A DNA stretch of 64,000 nt from Methanomassiliicoccales archaeon (lineage in GTDB: Archaea; Thermoplasmatota; Thermoplasmata; Methanomassiliicoccales; JAAEEP01). The translations under genes and the position numbers were made by a program. Position 1 is the stretch's first letter. Every line of letters begins with the position of its first letter. Shown one piece after another: positions 38,260-48,515 of the stretch. The notes below the pieces were generated by a model. The model did no database searches, was not told where the DNA came from, and saw only the letters and a list, made by a program, of their open reading frames with translations. The DNA lies in contig JAAEEP010000003.1 of the NCBI GenBank assembly GCA_013415695.1, forward strand, positions 10,882 through 74,881. The letters run 5' to 3'.

Positions 38260-39789
38260 ATGAGCAGCAAAATAGACATCGTCCGAGAGGGCGATATAAG
38301 GTCCATAGAAACCACAGCCGATGTGGAGATACCCATCGACCCCTTGAAAAGGGTTATCGGCCAGGACGAAGCCGTTTCCCTGGCTAGAGTGGCCGGGAAG
38401 CAACGTCGCCATCTGCTCTTGGTTGGTCCCCCCGGAACAGGTAAGTCGATGATAGCCCAAGCTTTGTCCCTGCATCTTCCTCGTCCGAGTGAGGAAATAA
38501 GAGTTGTTCACAACCCTGAAAATCCGGAGAGGCCCCTCATTGAATTGAAACAGGGAACCGAGGTCAAGAGGGAAATGGAGTCGAAAGAGTTCGCTGAAGG
38601 CGATCTCATCGATCCTAAGAAAGCGCCAATCAATGTGGCAGAAAGACTAGGTTATCGCTGCAAGAACTGTGGAGTATACTCCTCCACAAAGGAGAGATAC
38701 TGCCCTAAGTGTCAGAAGCCAAAAGTCACCATGGATAACACCGGTAATCCATTCGGTGATCTCCTTGGCGGGATGCTTGAAGCTAGTCTTGCAGGCGCTC
38801 AGGGGATACCTAGCGGCAGAGACAAGGTCACCACTACCAGGAAACGGTTCGGAAAGGAGGAGGTGGTGGTCTTCGAACGTTGTGGCGAGATGATAAGGGT
38901 CTTAGATCAAGATGCTCTCGAGAAGAGGCGGGAACTGGAGAAGATAAGCCCGCAGAAGAGCCTGGTCGGACTTGACAGAAACCCATTCGTCCTAGCAACT
39001 GGAGCCAGCGAGACTGAACTGTTGGGGGATGTAAGACATGACCCCTATGGGGGGCACCCTCAACTGGGTACCCCTCCCTATGAGAGGGTTGTTCCTGGGG
39101 CGATACACGAAGCGCACCAAGGAGTCCTGTTTCTCGACGAGCTGCCCCATCTCGGACACCTTCAACGCTACATTCTGACTGCTATGCAGGAGAAGATATT
39201 CCCAATCAGTGGAAGGAATCCACAGAGTGCGGGGGCAAGCGTCAGGGTGGATAGCGTTCCTTGCGACTTCATACTGGTAGGAGCCTGCAATATACAGGAT
39301 CTTGAGCACCTGCTTTCTCCCCTTCGATCGAGAGTCTCTGGTAGCGGCTACGAGGTGCTCATGGATACCACTTTCGAAGATACGGAGTTGAATCGAGCCC
39401 GATATTGCCAGTTCATCGCTCAAGAGGTCTCCGTTGACGGGAAGATACCGCATGTCTCGCTTGATGGCGTCCAGGCCATTATAAGGGAAGGTAGGAGAAG
39501 GGCAAGGATAATTGATGGGGAGAACAACTCGCTGACGCTCAGGTTGAGAGAACTCGGCGGCCTCATCAGATCAGCAGGAGATATCGCAATCATTAACGAA
39601 GATCAGCTAATTGATGAGAATCACATCAAGAAAGCATTGAAACGTTCACGAACTGTCGAGGAGCAGATAAAGGAAAGGTATGGATCCTACATGAAAGGAC
39701 TTTCCACCGACATCAGCTCGGCGCAGAAGGAGAAATCCTCATATTACTTTTGGAACGAACATCGCAGTGATGATTCGATGTTTCACTAG
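38260..39789 (+). CDS. LonB-type AAA+ ATPase lacking the protease domain
   Basis: VIGQDEA, GPPGTGKS, LLGDVRHDPYGG, VLFLDE, LRLRELGGL; CxxC...CxxC insert; ends with no protease domain. Confidence 0.88.
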   Translation: MSSKIDIVREGDIRSIETTADVEIPIDPLKRVIGQDEAVSLARVAGKQRRHLLLVGPPGTGKSMIAQALSLHLPRPSEEIRVVHNPENPERPLIELKQGTEVKREMESKEFAEGDLIDPKKAPINVAERLGYRCKNCGVYSSTKERYCPKCQKPKVTMDNTGNPFGDLLGGMLEASLAGAQGIPSGRDKVTTTRKRFGKEEVVVFERCGEMIRVLDQDALEKRRELEKISPQKSLVGLDRNPFVLATGASETELLGDVRHDPYGGHPQLGTPPYERVVPGAIHEAHQGVLFLDELPHLGHLQRYILTAMQEKIFPISGRNPQSAGASVRVDSVPCDFILVGACNIQDLEHLLSPLRSRVSGSGYEVLMDTTFEDTELNRARYCQFIAQEVSVDGKIPHVSLDGVQAIIREGRRRARIIDGENNSLTLRLRELGGLIRSAGDIAIINEDQLIDENHIKKALKRSRTVEEQIKERYGSYMKGLSTDISSAQKEKSSYYFWNEHRSDDSMFH

Positions 39790-40220
39790 AGTATCAGCTG
39801 CATTTTGTAAGCACTCTCTCCATCAGTATAGTATTTTTCCAACTTCATGATCTTGCTGAACCCTAGTTTCCGGTACAATGATATTGCCTCCTTGTTGGTG
39901 GTTCTGACCTCCAAGGTCACCATCTTCACGCCCCTCATAGCACACTTCCTGAGAAAATCCAGACAGAGCATTGTGGCCAAACCCTGCCTTCTTCGCTCCA
40001 TTTTGACTCCAAGCATTAATATCCTAGCATGTTGACGGGACATAAGCACGCCAGCCATGAACGCCTGTATCCCCATCAAATCCTCGACGATAAGAAAACC
40101 ATCAGGCCAATACGAATGGAGATCCAACAAGAATGATGGATCATATGACTCTTTCAATGTGTTTAGGGCTAGAGCGAAAACCTCTGAGATATCGTTAACT
40201 TCGAACTGTCTTACCCGCAC
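39786..40220 (-). CDS. RimI/Ard1-like N-acetyltransferase
   Basis: RRQGLA, LEVRTTN, YYTDGESA. Confidence 0.9.
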   Translation of the reverse strand: MRVRQFEVNDISEVFALALNTLKESYDPSFLLDLHSYWPDGFLIVEDLMGIQAFMAGVLMSRQHARILMLGVKMERRRQGLATMLCLDFLRKCAMRGVKMVTLEVRTTNKEAISLYRKLGFSKIMKLEKYYTDGESAYKMQLIL

Positions 40221-40236
40221 GTCTGGTCCAATATCA

Positions 40237-42294
40237 CTAGCGTCCCTTAATCTTTTTCAAGAGCCATATAAGAAGAGGAGGCACCATTATAATAGGCGAG
40301 AGTAGGATCAAGCCAATTCCGCTTTCAGATTTTGGAAGCACCTGGATGATTTTGGTAGCTTCAGCTGAATTGTTGTAAATATCAGTGACCCTTAGCAACA
40401 CCGTATACACCCCTTCGGGAAATGCCGCAAGAACCAGGGATCCTGTTTGGTCAAATACACCGTCACCATCTAGATCCCAGATGTATTCTGATATGCCAGC
40501 ATTATCACTTGAATTCCTTCCACTAAATAAAATCATTTCACCTTCGTGAACCTTTTCAGAAGCATCGATGTTTACGACAGGTGGGTAAGGATCTATGTTC
40601 CAATCATTCCAGTAAGATCTAGAGAAGAAATCAGCCAAACTTGCTGAACTCAAAATCAAGCCCGCTTCCCTATTCTCAAGAAAGGCAGCTTCACACCAGT
40701 TTATGCTTGAGACAATCACATGATCGTCTATGATGACTCCCTTGTTATGAAGTACAGAGAATTCGTGATAACTGGATACCATTCTAGCCTGCAGGTCTAT
40801 GTTCTCAGAAGCCCCGATTGTATTCAGTTTTTCAACCAGGTCTTGATTGCTAGATCCAGATTGGGCAAAGAAAGATGAATCGAGGAGAAACCTGACCTTG
40901 ATACCCCTCTTGGCAGCATCTAAGATCGCTCTTAGAAGTTCATTCTCTAGCGTAAGATCACAATAAAGCTGTTCAATCAGAATTACCTCCTGGGCATTAG
41001 AGATAATATCGTGAATCAGCTCAAAGGAGAAATCGGGGGATAATATTGGCCTCACCAGGCAACTGAATTTCTGATGTTCAATATTGCCGATCGGTGTACC
41101 TGTGCGATCCTGTATCACGTTTACTTTGAAATCCTCCTTCAATGCTCTTTTCACATCCATCCGAGAGAGATCCGAATCCTCGTTGAAGATTCTTGAGAAA
41201 TATCTCGCCAATTCATCGCTCTCCACCAGTACTCCCCAGCCCCTATTGGAATCCAGGGAAAAGGTGATAAGATTCTCAGACAAGACACAAGTCCGATGAC
41301 CGTCGAAAATGGCGTACTTGCAATGAATGTATTGATATCTCTTGTATCCATCGTGCGATTGCAGTAAACGGACGTCGATGCCAGAGGCTAAGAGCTTTCC
41401 TAACGAATCACGTTCGGCTTCATCTATTCCAGCAACAGGCTGACCTTCGACCAAGATCGTAACGTTCACACCTCTCAAAGAAGATTGACACAGCCTATCC
41501 ACGATGGCGGGATCGTTGATTTTGTAAAGAGCCATTAATATGGTCCTTGATGAGAAATCGATCTCCCTGATTAGTCTCTCCCGCCCTTCCACTGGAATAA
41601 TGAAAGGTTCAACACTGTACCAACCAGAAGAGCAGGAAAGGGATGATCGCCCTGGGACTGTTGCTTTCCAATCCTCAGCACAATCCGTATCGAAATCTCC
41701 ATTTCTCAGGGCGGAATGCCCCCGATCTAGCTTTGGAAAAGGAGATCCTTTCCAACCTTCATCTGAGAATTCAGATATTCCATAGACAAATGCGTCAAGG
41801 AGATTGTTCAAGGGAGAGAACATGAGCACTTCGTCCCCTTTGTCAGCTAGACGGAAGGTGCCCTTCGAAAGAAGATATCTGCTTTCCAATTCGACTGCTC
41901 GGTCAACTATACCCATTTGCCTGATAGTACTCATGTTTGAGCAGATTGTCAATATTTGTCCTTCATTAAGAATCACATTTTCGTTAAATGTGATAGTTCC
42001 CTCTCCATCTGTAAGATAAATGCCTTTCAGATCTATCTCGCATTCTCCATTGTTCATTAAAGTAACGAACTCTGCAGTGAAACTTGGACACACTTCCCGG
42101 ATCAGGAGGCCGGTCTGGTTTTCCTGATCATTAACTGAGACGGTTCCAACCAGATCCTGTTTCTGACTGTCCATTATAAATTCGCTGTTATCGAAAATTG
42201 GTGAATCGATCTGTTCGATTGGAGAAGATGGGAGGCCGAGCTGAACAGTCGGGAAGATGAGGATGACCGCCAGGAAACAGCATAGGCCTCTCAT
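40237..42294 (-). CDS. Exported phospholipase D superfamily protein with lamin-tail and PKD domains and a C-terminal anchor
   Basis: Two HKD motifs (HCKYAIFD, HNKGVIID); PKD pattern YIWDLDGDG...GVYTVLLRVTD. Confidence 0.88.
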   Translation of the reverse strand: MRGLCCFLAVILIFPTVQLGLPSSPIEQIDSPIFDNSEFIMDSQKQDLVGTVSVNDQENQTGLLIREVCPSFTAEFVTLMNNGECEIDLKGIYLTDGEGTITFNENVILNEGQILTICSNMSTIRQMGIVDRAVELESRYLLSKGTFRLADKGDEVLMFSPLNNLLDAFVYGISEFSDEGWKGSPFPKLDRGHSALRNGDFDTDCAEDWKATVPGRSSLSCSSGWYSVEPFIIPVEGRERLIREIDFSSRTILMALYKINDPAIVDRLCQSSLRGVNVTILVEGQPVAGIDEAERDSLGKLLASGIDVRLLQSHDGYKRYQYIHCKYAIFDGHRTCVLSENLITFSLDSNRGWGVLVESDELARYFSRIFNEDSDLSRMDVKRALKEDFKVNVIQDRTGTPIGNIEHQKFSCLVRPILSPDFSFELIHDIISNAQEVILIEQLYCDLTLENELLRAILDAAKRGIKVRFLLDSSFFAQSGSSNQDLVEKLNTIGASENIDLQARMVSSYHEFSVLHNKGVIIDDHVIVSSINWCEAAFLENREAGLILSSASLADFFSRSYWNDWNIDPYPPVVNIDASEKVHEGEMILFSGRNSSDNAGISEYIWDLDGDGVFDQTGSLVLAAFPEGVYTVLLRVTDIYNNSAEATKIIQVLPKSESGIGLILLSPIIMVPPLLIWLLKKIKGR

Positions 42295-42362
42295 CCTACC
42301 TAGCAGTCCATTACATAAGAAAAGGGCAGGGATTACTTCTAGTTTCCAATTGAAATGAAAAC

Positions 42363-43040
42363 CTAAATGTACTGGATTAATCCCCTCAGCGCACTCTTTA
42401 TCGAGGAAGCTTTGACAACGCCAGAGGCAAGGAGTACTCCTTCTGCCCCCAGCTCTAGTGCAATCTTCACGTCATTTCCGGTCTTCACTCCCGCCCCGCA
42501 GAGGACCTTGATGGATGGATTCATATCGTGAACTGCCTCCACGGCACTACTAACAACCTCCGGCTTCGCGGTGGTTACGGAAATATCCCCTCCGATGAGC
42601 TCAGGAGGTTCCACTGCAATGAAATCCGGTCCGAAAGGAGCTATGTCCCTTGCCTTATGAGCAGTATCAGCACAGACAACCGTCGCAAGTTCCAGTTCCC
42701 TGCAAAGTTCGATCGCTTTGGCAATTTGATCAAGTGAGACGGGATGTTCAGAGTGGTTTATCAGAGTGCCCTTGGCACCGGCCGACTTCACCATGCTGGG
42801 TGTTATCCAACCAGTTCGAGAACCTGGAATCATGGCGTCCACGTGCTGAGCCAAAACTGGAATGTCAACGAGAGAGGCAGTTGAGGAAAGCTGGACCTGA
42901 GGTGGAGAAACAGCTATGCTTACTCCTGAATCCTTGGCCACCTCTTCGCACAGACCGGAGATCATAGATCCTCTGGACCCCTCGACCTCCTCGTAGGCCT
43001 TGAAGTTGACGATTATTATGGGCGTTCTTAGTCTACTCAA
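42363..43040 (-). CDS. tpiA: Triosephosphate isomerase (archaeal type)
   Basis: NFKAY, NHSE, AVEPPELIG, CGAGV, LLASG. Confidence 0.97.
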   Translation of the reverse strand: MSRLRTPIIIVNFKAYEEVEGSRGSMISGLCEEVAKDSGVSIAVSPPQVQLSSTASLVDIPVLAQHVDAMIPGSRTGWITPSMVKSAGAKGTLINHSEHPVSLDQIAKAIELCRELELATVVCADTAHKARDIAPFGPDFIAVEPPELIGGDISVTTAKPEVVSSAVEAVHDMNPSIKVLCGAGVKTGNDVKIALELGAEGVLLASGVVKASSIKSALRGLIQYI

Positions 43041-44175
43041 TGTCCTCGAACCTCTTGGTCAATTTCTCTAGGACGGCCGGTCTGGTCGTGTACTCCATTT
43101 CTTCAGGAGCAAGTATGGCTGGCATGAATGGGCCATGTCCCCTCATGTAAATGCTCATCTCCACCGCCTTCTGCCTGACATGGTTCCAGACACTTCCTGC
43201 GAAGAAATCTACCGGTAGGTGTTCGCCTGGCGGGGAATCTGGATCCTCGAGTCCCTGGAATCTTCCATTAGATACCTGCATTCCCAACGAGACAATTCGA
43301 GGTGGACCATCAAAATAGGAGGGGTCAGAGTCTTCTACAGAGCACGGATACAAAGCTCCGTAATGGGATCCACGCATCCATCCTGGTACAAGCATCGGGA
43401 ACATAAAGGGCTGCAATACTTCTCCAACCGCGGGGAAGCCACTCTGTGCCCTGACGATCATGACAGGGTCATCCTTTCCTACATATTTTCCCGCGGTCAG
43501 ATTTAGTTTGTCCGTGCTTACCACGGCTCCAACACCGAGCTTCTCGTTCTTGCTCATCACCCTTTTGATCGCATATCTTGTGGTGTCCCCAAGAAGGCTG
43601 AGAATGTCATATCCTTCTTCTGGGGAGGCCATTATCACCTTCTTGGAATCCACGACATCATGAATCTCAAAGATGAACCCCTCATGAGCCCGGGGATCGA
43701 TGACAAGACCCGTGGTAGTGAATGGATCCATGAAAATCCTAGTAAGAGGCAGTGAATAAGCTGATGGCTCGGTCTTATCGGCCATGAAGAAAAGCAGGGG
43801 TTCTGCTCCCCTCTCCTCAAACTCCAATTCGGCAGTTCCAGGGCCAGCTCCTTTGATATTTCCGCTGAAGGCATCAGTCAAAATGTCCTGACCAGCCGCA
43901 TACAGCTTCATCTTCTTTGCGAGTGCAGTGGCATTCATGAAGGCATCCCAGGCTAACCCATGAACATCACTGTTATTCTCACCATTTTCGTGAATCATGA
44001 ACAGGTTGATATCGTCACCAACCCTGGTCACGTAGAAATCGTTAATCGTGCCATCAGCCACCCCATTCTTGAGAACCTCATGACAGGTTCTCATCATCTT
44101 GGGATGAGGACAGGCGTGTCCGGCAACAGAACCAACATCAGCTTTGATTACAGATACTGTGACTCGGTCAGACAT
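43033..44175 (-). CDS. fbp: Fructose-1,6-bisphosphate aldolase/phosphatase
   Basis: IKADVG, GDD, DKTEP, GKYVGKDDP, GWMRGSH, EMEYT. Confidence 0.95.
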   Translation of the reverse strand: MSDRVTVSVIKADVGSVAGHACPHPKMMRTCHEVLKNGVADGTINDFYVTRVGDDINLFMIHENGENNSDVHGLAWDAFMNATALAKKMKLYAAGQDILTDAFSGNIKGAGPGTAELEFEERGAEPLLFFMADKTEPSAYSLPLTRIFMDPFTTTGLVIDPRAHEGFIFEIHDVVDSKKVIMASPEEGYDILSLLGDTTRYAIKRVMSKNEKLGVGAVVSTDKLNLTAGKYVGKDDPVMIVRAQSGFPAVGEVLQPFMFPMLVPGWMRGSHYGALYPCSVEDSDPSYFDGPPRIVSLGMQVSNGRFQGLEDPDSPPGEHLPVDFFAGSVWNHVRQKAVEMSIYMRGHGPFMPAILAPEEMEYTTRPAVLEKLTKRFEDIE

Positions 44176-44350
44176 CGTCTTCCCCCTTTGTCGGGCCTGC
44201 TAATGCTCTCGACCATATAAAAGATTTGATGTAGAGATTCATCGGGCCAGTGAATCATTTCCCTGATAAACTGAAAAGCTATAAGCTGAGATGCCTAGAG
44301 ATGACAAACTCTTCATGATTAATCAATGAAATCGATCCTAATGAAGATGA

Positions 44351-44614
44351 TCAATATCCTACGGCCTTATCCTCTGGAAGTTCATCCATTTCAAGAATCG
44401 CAATAGCGTCTGTTGGGCACGCCTCCATTGCGTTCTGGACGCACTCTTTTAGCTCAGGAGGAACAACGCCTTCACCTCGCTCTCCGATCCGGTACTTCTC
44501 CTTGATCTGGGAGATCCCATCCTCATCCTCCTCGAAGACTTCGGGACATTCATCATTGTAGCACAGCCCGCACTCACTGCACTCTTCCTGATCAATTTCA
44601 ACCTTGATGATCAT
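44351..44614 (-). CDS. Ferredoxin (single cluster)
   Basis: CSECGLC...ACPTDAI. Confidence 0.9.
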   Translation of the reverse strand: MIIKVEIDQEECSECGLCYNDECPEVFEEDEDGISQIKEKYRIGERGEGVVPPELKECVQNAMEACPTDAIAILEMDELPEDKAVGY

Positions 44615-44854
44615 AGGTTATGATTGGGTGTATCAAATATTACTTAATTTCGTTTAAAAGACTTGTATGTCCAAGGGGTCAATCTAGAATTGACCTCCTG
44701 ATTTATGATCAAGCACGGTAATGAAAACGGTTCATCCATCTTTTCTCTCAAATCTCCCTCATGAAATTCCATCTGCTAATCTAAAAGCATCTGACTTCTC
44801 CTGGTTCCCCCAATATTATATACCTGGCCCGATTATCACACCAACGGTGTACAG

Positions 44855-46174
44855 ATGAGCGAGCAGCCTGCCCTCAGGAACTCAAGGAGCTTGACAGAGA
44901 AGGATTTCAACCAAGAAAGAGAATTCAATGGATGGGTCCAGGACGTTCGTGCACTTGGGGGTATATCTTTCCTGATCCTGAGGGATCGGTATGGTCTTAT
45001 TCAGGTTACTGCCCCGAAGAAGAAGGTTGATCCCCTGGTATTCGAGATCATAAACACCATTCCAAGGGAGTCGGTGGTAAGAATATTCGGAGAGGTCAAG
45101 GAGAGCAAACAGGCTAAGATGGGATGGGAGGTGATTCCATCGAGTATCGATGTCCTCAATAAGGCAGCTTCTCCTCTTCCCATGGGCGTGGTGGACAAGG
45201 TGAACGTCGAGGCCGATACGAGGTTCAACCACAGATATATCGATATTAGGAGACCTGAGATAAGGGCAGTCTTCGAGATCAAATCACTCGTTGTCGAAGC
45301 CATTGGGAATTACCTCAGGAAGCAGGATTTTGTTGAGGTTTTCACCCCCAAGATTGTCGCCTCAGGAGCCGAAGGGGGCGCCACGCTCTTTCCCATCCAG
45401 TACTTTGAGGGAAAGGCCTACCTTGCACAGAGCCCTCAGCTTTACAAGCAGATACTGATGGCAACAGGCCTCGACCGGGTGTTCGAGATATCTCCCGCAT
45501 TCAGGGCGGAACCATCCGATACAGTTAGGCACGTTTCCGAGTTCATCTCGTTCGATGGGGAAATGGCATACATCTCTTCTCAAGAGAACGTCCTAGCGAC
45601 CATAGAGGGTTGCATGCAACACATTATCAAGACCGTCAAGGAGAACGGGAAACCCCAGCTTGAGATGCTTGAGACCGAGATATCCATCCCAAGTGAACCA
45701 TATCCAGTCATTTGCTATGCAGAGGCAGTGGATATCCTTTCTTCCGAGGGAAAGGAGATCGAGGAGATGGGCGATATAGATACTGAAGGCGAGAAGCTAC
45801 TTGGGGACATCATGATAGAGAAGGGATATGAGATGTACTGGATCACAGAATATCCAGAGGAGTCGAAACCGTTCTACATCATGGAGAAGGACGATACACC
45901 ATATTCTCACAGTTTTGACCTGGACTACAGAGGTCAGGAGATCTCATCAGGAGGTCAGAGGGAGCACAGGTACGACAGGTTAGTCGAGAGGATGAAGAAG
46001 AAAGGGCTCAATCCGGATTCCTTCCAATTCTACTTGAACGCGTTCAATTATGGCATGCCACCTCACGGTGGTTGGGGTATAGGCCTGGAAAGGGTGGTAC
46101 AGAACATGCTTGGTCTGCCCAATATTAGGGAAGCCATATTGTTCCCTCGGGACAGAAATCGCCTGGAACCGTAG
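44855..46174 (+). CDS. aspS: Aspartyl-tRNA synthetase (archaeal type)
   Basis: YLAQSPQLYKQ, FRAE, GMPPHGGWGIGLER, FPRDRNRL. Confidence 0.97.
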   Translation: MSEQPALRNSRSLTEKDFNQEREFNGWVQDVRALGGISFLILRDRYGLIQVTAPKKKVDPLVFEIINTIPRESVVRIFGEVKESKQAKMGWEVIPSSIDVLNKAASPLPMGVVDKVNVEADTRFNHRYIDIRRPEIRAVFEIKSLVVEAIGNYLRKQDFVEVFTPKIVASGAEGGATLFPIQYFEGKAYLAQSPQLYKQILMATGLDRVFEISPAFRAEPSDTVRHVSEFISFDGEMAYISSQENVLATIEGCMQHIIKTVKENGKPQLEMLETEISIPSEPYPVICYAEAVDILSSEGKEIEEMGDIDTEGEKLLGDIMIEKGYEMYWITEYPEESKPFYIMEKDDTPYSHSFDLDYRGQEISSGGQREHRYDRLVERMKKKGLNPDSFQFYLNAFNYGMPPHGGWGIGLERVVQNMLGLPNIREAILFPRDRNRLEP

Positions 46175-46221
46175 TCCAGTTTAGAAAGATTAATCAATGA
46201 ATCAATTCCCTTCCCATTTGG

Positions 46222-46749
46222 ATGGGAGACACTTACGAAAGGGAGCTCAAGGCCATTCTCAGCGGGGATGAGAAGGCGCTGAAGAAGATGATCAAGACCT
46301 GTAGCGAAGAAGAGACCCACGGATACCTATCAATCAATAAGAGGCCATTCATGGTGGTGAGGGCAGCTGGCTCATTGGGCATAGACCTGGTAGCGATATG
46401 GGGAGATTTGGCCTTACCCATAGAAGTAAAGAGCTCAAAGAGCGGGGTTCTGTGGTTCAGCAATAGTCAGAGATTGATTGAGCAGGGCGAGATGTTCATA
46501 GAAGAGTGTTCAAGGGCGGGGTTGATACCGGTTTACGCATTCCGTCTGAAGGGGTATCGTGGGGATCCTTGGAGAGTATTTGCCCTACCTATCAATGAAG
46601 TGGACGGAAGGCTTGGTCTTGTTCAAAGTAAATTGCCCAAACCAGAAGAGAGCAACAAGGGCAATTTCATCATGAGGTGGGAGAATGGTATGAAGCTCAG
46701 TAAACTAATAGAATATCTAGTGGGATTGAGTTCACCCCTTGTGGAATAG
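46222..46749 (+). CDS. hjc: Holliday junction resolvase Hjc-like
   Basis: YEREL, VRAAGS, DLVA, IEVKS. Confidence 0.85.
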   Translation: MGDTYERELKAILSGDEKALKKMIKTCSEEETHGYLSINKRPFMVVRAAGSLGIDLVAIWGDLALPIEVKSSKSGVLWFSNSQRLIEQGEMFIEECSRAGLIPVYAFRLKGYRGDPWRVFALPINEVDGRLGLVQSKLPKPEESNKGNFIMRWENGMKLSKLIEYLVGLSSPLVE

Positions 46750-46766
46750 CAAAGGCGAGTGTTGCC

Positions 46767-47981
46767 ATGGATCTCGGCAGGATAAGGTTGAATTTAAGTG
46801 GTTGGATTCGAAGCCTTGAACCATGGCAGAAGGTCGCACTTTTACTCGTGATCGTGATCATTCTCTACGGAACCACGATCGCTGTTCACAACCTGTTTCT
46901 AATGGATTGGTTCACGGGATGGGCTGGCCCCTCTCCTGATCTTCCAGTCTATCAGAAGAGAGCTCAAAATATTATCGACGGAATGATACCTTACAGGGAT
47001 TTCTATGTCGAGAGCCCTCCTATCATCAATTATCTTCTCGTGCCGCCTCAACTATTGGGTGGTGAGGGGTGGATGTATGCGGCCTACTTCTCGTTCTTCA
47101 CCTTCTTGACAGGAGCAGTCATATATCTTGTGCTAAGGCGATTCGACGAGCATATTGCTTTTGTGTCAGGTGTGCTCTTCGTTCTCTCCCCATTCGCATA
47201 TTTCGAGTCAACGTGGGGCATACAGGACGAATCAATCGTTGTATTCTTCTTCATTCTTCCGCCATTACTGTTAGTGATCAAAAAGGTCCGGGAAGCGTCT
47301 GTTTCTCTTGGAGTAGGTATCATGACCAAGATGCTCTCCGGGATCCTGCTGCCGTTGATATTCCTTGAGAAACGACCGATAAAGAAGCATATCGAACATT
47401 TTTTTCTGATCGCACTAACGATATTCCTCATTTCATTGCCGTTCCTTATTATTTGTCCCCAAGAATTCCTAAGGTTCCCTCAATACTACTGCCTGGATGT
47501 GGATGGTGCAGTGATGGGTGGAATGTCGTTCTGGCACTTTCTTGAGGTCGGGGGGTTGAAGGTCCCCGGAGAGGTTAGTACGATAATCACGGCGGTGGCA
47601 TTCCTTATAGCGGTCTATTTTGTATACAACAAGCGTCTACCAATCTGGCAATCATCCCTGATACTCGTCTTGACCTTCTTCACCTTCTACCCCAAGATAC
47701 ACCTTGGTTACTTCCTGATCCCGATCGCGTTTCTAATTATCTGGTCAACTGAAGACTTCCGGATATTCCTTAGGTGCTGGGGGGTCTACATTCCTCTTGC
47801 CCTGGCAACTGCATTCAGCGATGGGGTTTTGGGAAAACCAGCAATAGACGTTCCATGGGCATGGGTTGCAGGCCTGATGCTATCATTGATCGGTTTTCTG
47901 ATCCTGTGGGACACTACCCGGATCGTCCTTCGAAAGGAGTGTTTCATCGATCGCGCGATCAAGCATGAAGACGATGTATGA
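46767..47981 (+). CDS. GT-C fold membrane glycosyltransferase (GT87-like)
   Basis: Multiple TM segments; PYRDFYVESPP loop. Confidence 0.75.
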   Translation: MDLGRIRLNLSGWIRSLEPWQKVALLLVIVIILYGTTIAVHNLFLMDWFTGWAGPSPDLPVYQKRAQNIIDGMIPYRDFYVESPPIINYLLVPPQLLGGEGWMYAAYFSFFTFLTGAVIYLVLRRFDEHIAFVSGVLFVLSPFAYFESTWGIQDESIVVFFFILPPLLLVIKKVREASVSLGVGIMTKMLSGILLPLIFLEKRPIKKHIEHFFLIALTIFLISLPFLIICPQEFLRFPQYYCLDVDGAVMGGMSFWHFLEVGGLKVPGEVSTIITAVAFLIAVYFVYNKRLPIWQSSLILVLTFFTFYPKIHLGYFLIPIAFLIIWSTEDFRIFLRCWGVYIPLALATAFSDGVLGKPAIDVPWAWVAGLMLSLIGFLILWDTTRIVLRKECFIDRAIKHEDDV

Positions 47982-48066
47982 CACGTCTTTCAAGATCAAG
48001 ATTCAATTCTGATTCAAGTACGAATATGAAGATTGAAGGATTCACTCCTGGACCAAATTAGGAGAA

Positions 48067-48324
48067 TCAAAGGTTCAGTTGGAACTTTGTGGTCTTAGCA
48101 ACGAGTAAGGGACAGAACGAACGATGCTCTTTCGCTTTCAAACAATGATTCATGTCCTCAGGGCATTCTTCACAGGTGGCGATGCCCCTCTCTATTGCGC
48201 AAACAATTACATCGCATTTCTGAGAAGGATGGATTTTCAACTCCTTCAGACAACCCATGCATTCCCTCTGGAATAATGAACACTCGGAGCAAAGAATCCC
48301 GCAAATCCCGATATCACGCATCAA
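48067..48324 (-). CDS. Cys-rich DUF3795-like protein
   Basis: CGxxCxxC...CxGC...CxxxxC...CxxC. Confidence 0.75.
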   Translation of the reverse strand: MMRDIGICGILCSECSLFQRECMGCLKELKIHPSQKCDVIVCAIERGIATCEECPEDMNHCLKAKEHRSFCPLLVAKTTKFQLNL

Positions 48325-48439
48325 TTGTTTCTAAGTGCCCAGGCTATAAATCAATTTTGTTACTAGTTAAGGTAAAACAAGATTAATTTTTATAGAAACA
48401 TAGAGAAAAAAATATTCTCTTTTCTTCAATTGCGTAAAA

Positions 48440-48480
48440 TTTAATAAGGGATGATTCATTGACCTCTCGACCGGCGGTCG
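48440..48480 (+). promoter_or_regulatory. TATA box plus palindromic operator upstream of the tetR-family gene
   Basis: TTTAATAA at 48440; CGACCG-G-CGGTCG at 48468-48480. Confidence 0.6.
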
Positions 48481-48515
48481 GTCATTAGCCAGCAATTGAA
48501 GGATGTGCCTGAAAA

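Noticed and set aside
44674-44699. Inverted repeat GGTCAAT-ctaga-ATTGACC upstream of the ferredoxin gene
   Set aside because: Single instance with no assignable regulator
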